A stretch of 64,000 bases of DNA from Ilumatobacter sp. (lineage in GTDB: Bacteria > Actinomycetota > Acidimicrobiia > Acidimicrobiales > Ilumatobacteraceae): NCBI RefSeq assembly GCF_039969435.1, contig NZ_JBDVNU010000038.1:86071-150070 (forward strand). The letters are read 5' to 3'. The position numbers and the translations under genes were made by a program. This document shows, one piece after another, positions 63,454 through 64,000 of this stretch. The stretch's first letter is position 1; each line of letters starts with the position of its first letter. The notes beneath the pieces were generated by a model. The model searched no databases and was not told where the DNA came from. It saw nothing but the letters and a program-made list of their open reading frames with translations.

Positions 63454-64000
63454 ATGACCGACAACGAACGGCACCCCGCGCTCGAGGGAACCGAGATCGT
63501 CGACTCCGTCCTCGACCTCATCGGCGAGACGCCCATGGTCCGGATGAAGCGGGTGAGCGAGGACCAGGGCATCCGCTGCGTGCTCGCGATGAAGCACGAG
63601 GTGACCAACCCCGGTGGCTCGTCGAAGGACCGCCCCGCCCTCGAGATGATCCTCGCCGCCGAGGCCAGCGGTGAACTGAAACCGGGCGGCACGATCGTGG
63701 AGCCGACCTCCGGCAACACCGGCGTCGGCCTCGCCATCGTCGCCGCACAGCGCGGGTACACGTGCGTCTTCGTCATGACGACCAAGGTCGGCAAGGAGAA
63801 GGTCGACCTGCTCCGCGCGTACGGCGCCGAAGTCGTGGTGTGCGACGTGGCCGTGGCCCCCGACGACCCGAACAGTTACTACTCCGTCGCCGAGCGACTC
63901 ACCCACGAGCGCAACGCGTTCCGCCCGAACCAGTACGCGAACCCTCACAACGCCACCGCCCACACCAAGACCACGGGCCCCGAGATCTGGCGTCAGACCG
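63454..64000 (+). CDS. PLP-dependent cystathionine beta-synthase / cysteine synthase family protein, 3'-truncated by window edge
   Basis: ATG 63454; PLP-Lys region EVTNPGGSSKDRPAL, TSGNTGVGLA glycine loop; frame runs open to the end of the window. Confidence 0.8.
   Translation, partial: MTDNERHPALEGTEIVDSVLDLIGETPMVRMKRVSEDQGIRCVLAMKHEVTNPGGSSKDRPALEMILAAEASGELKPGGTIVEPTSGNTGVGLAIVAAQRGYTCVFVMTTKVGKEKVDLLRAYGAEVVVCDVAVAPDDPNSYYSVAERLTHERNAFRPNQYANPHNATAHTKTTGPEIWRQT

Noticed and set aside
1-64000. Genomic island / prophage / integrative element
   Set aside because: No integrase, transposase, tRNA, phage structural genes or compositional shift could be seen. Gene content is housekeeping/metabolic and GC is uniform, so the window looks like core chromosome.

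Overview
Overview: 64 kb of very high-GC (about 70%+) actinobacterial-type chromosomal DNA with strong third-position GC bias. I see no rRNA, tRNA, CRISPR array, integrase or transposase, so it looks like core chromosome rather than an island. About 60 genes pack tightly, often with 4-bp ATGA/GTGA stop-start overlaps.

Gene content by theme:
- Lipid and acyl-CoA metabolism: two FadD-type acyl-CoA synthetases, an acyl-CoA dehydrogenase, two thiolases, TesB thioesterase, an MFE-2-like SDR, an amidase.
- Glycoside hydrolase family 65 (GH65) phosphorylase with an adjacent HAD beta-phosphoglucomutase-like gene.
- Mycothiol conjugate amidase (mca) translationally coupled to a small SCP2-like ORF; mycoredoxin-like glutaredoxin; CBS/CysK (partial at the window end).
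- Non-homologous end-joining (NHEJ): Ku with a Lys-rich tail, overlapping a stand-alone LigD-type polymerase domain.
- c-di-GMP signalling: two large GGDEF-EAL proteins, plus rhomboid, GlpD and MtfA.
- YciI-like protein paired with an ECF sigma factor; a large ATPase/TPR/wHTH/BTAD regulator.
- Peptidases (M1, M24), NudC, nitrobindin-like protein, thermonuclease lipoprotein, YdjC deacetylase, carotenoid oxygenase, PLP decarboxylase, and several lipoproteins and secreted proteins.

Most interesting candidate (30219-38077): a three-gene module. It is an NfeD/YqiJ-like membrane OB-fold protein, then a flotillin (SPFH) protein, then a 1656-aa multidomain protein. The large protein has one C-terminal AAA+ (MoxR/dynein-clade-like) ATPase module and a roughly 1250-aa N-terminal region I cannot assign. 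A stem-loop sits at every gene junction, including a 31-bp perfect inverted repeat in front of the large gene. I propose this as a candidate uncharacterised flotillin-associated ATPase system.

Other noncoding items: a 15-bp x 7 tandem repeat between a GGDEF-EAL gene and rhomboid; a 12-bp palindrome plus a 16-bp direct repeat at a convergent gene junction; a 15-bp inverted-repeat terminator after the mycoredoxin gene.

Limits: I could not run BLAST, HMM or structure searches. Every family assignment rests on motifs I recognise by eye, and start codons are my best estimates.
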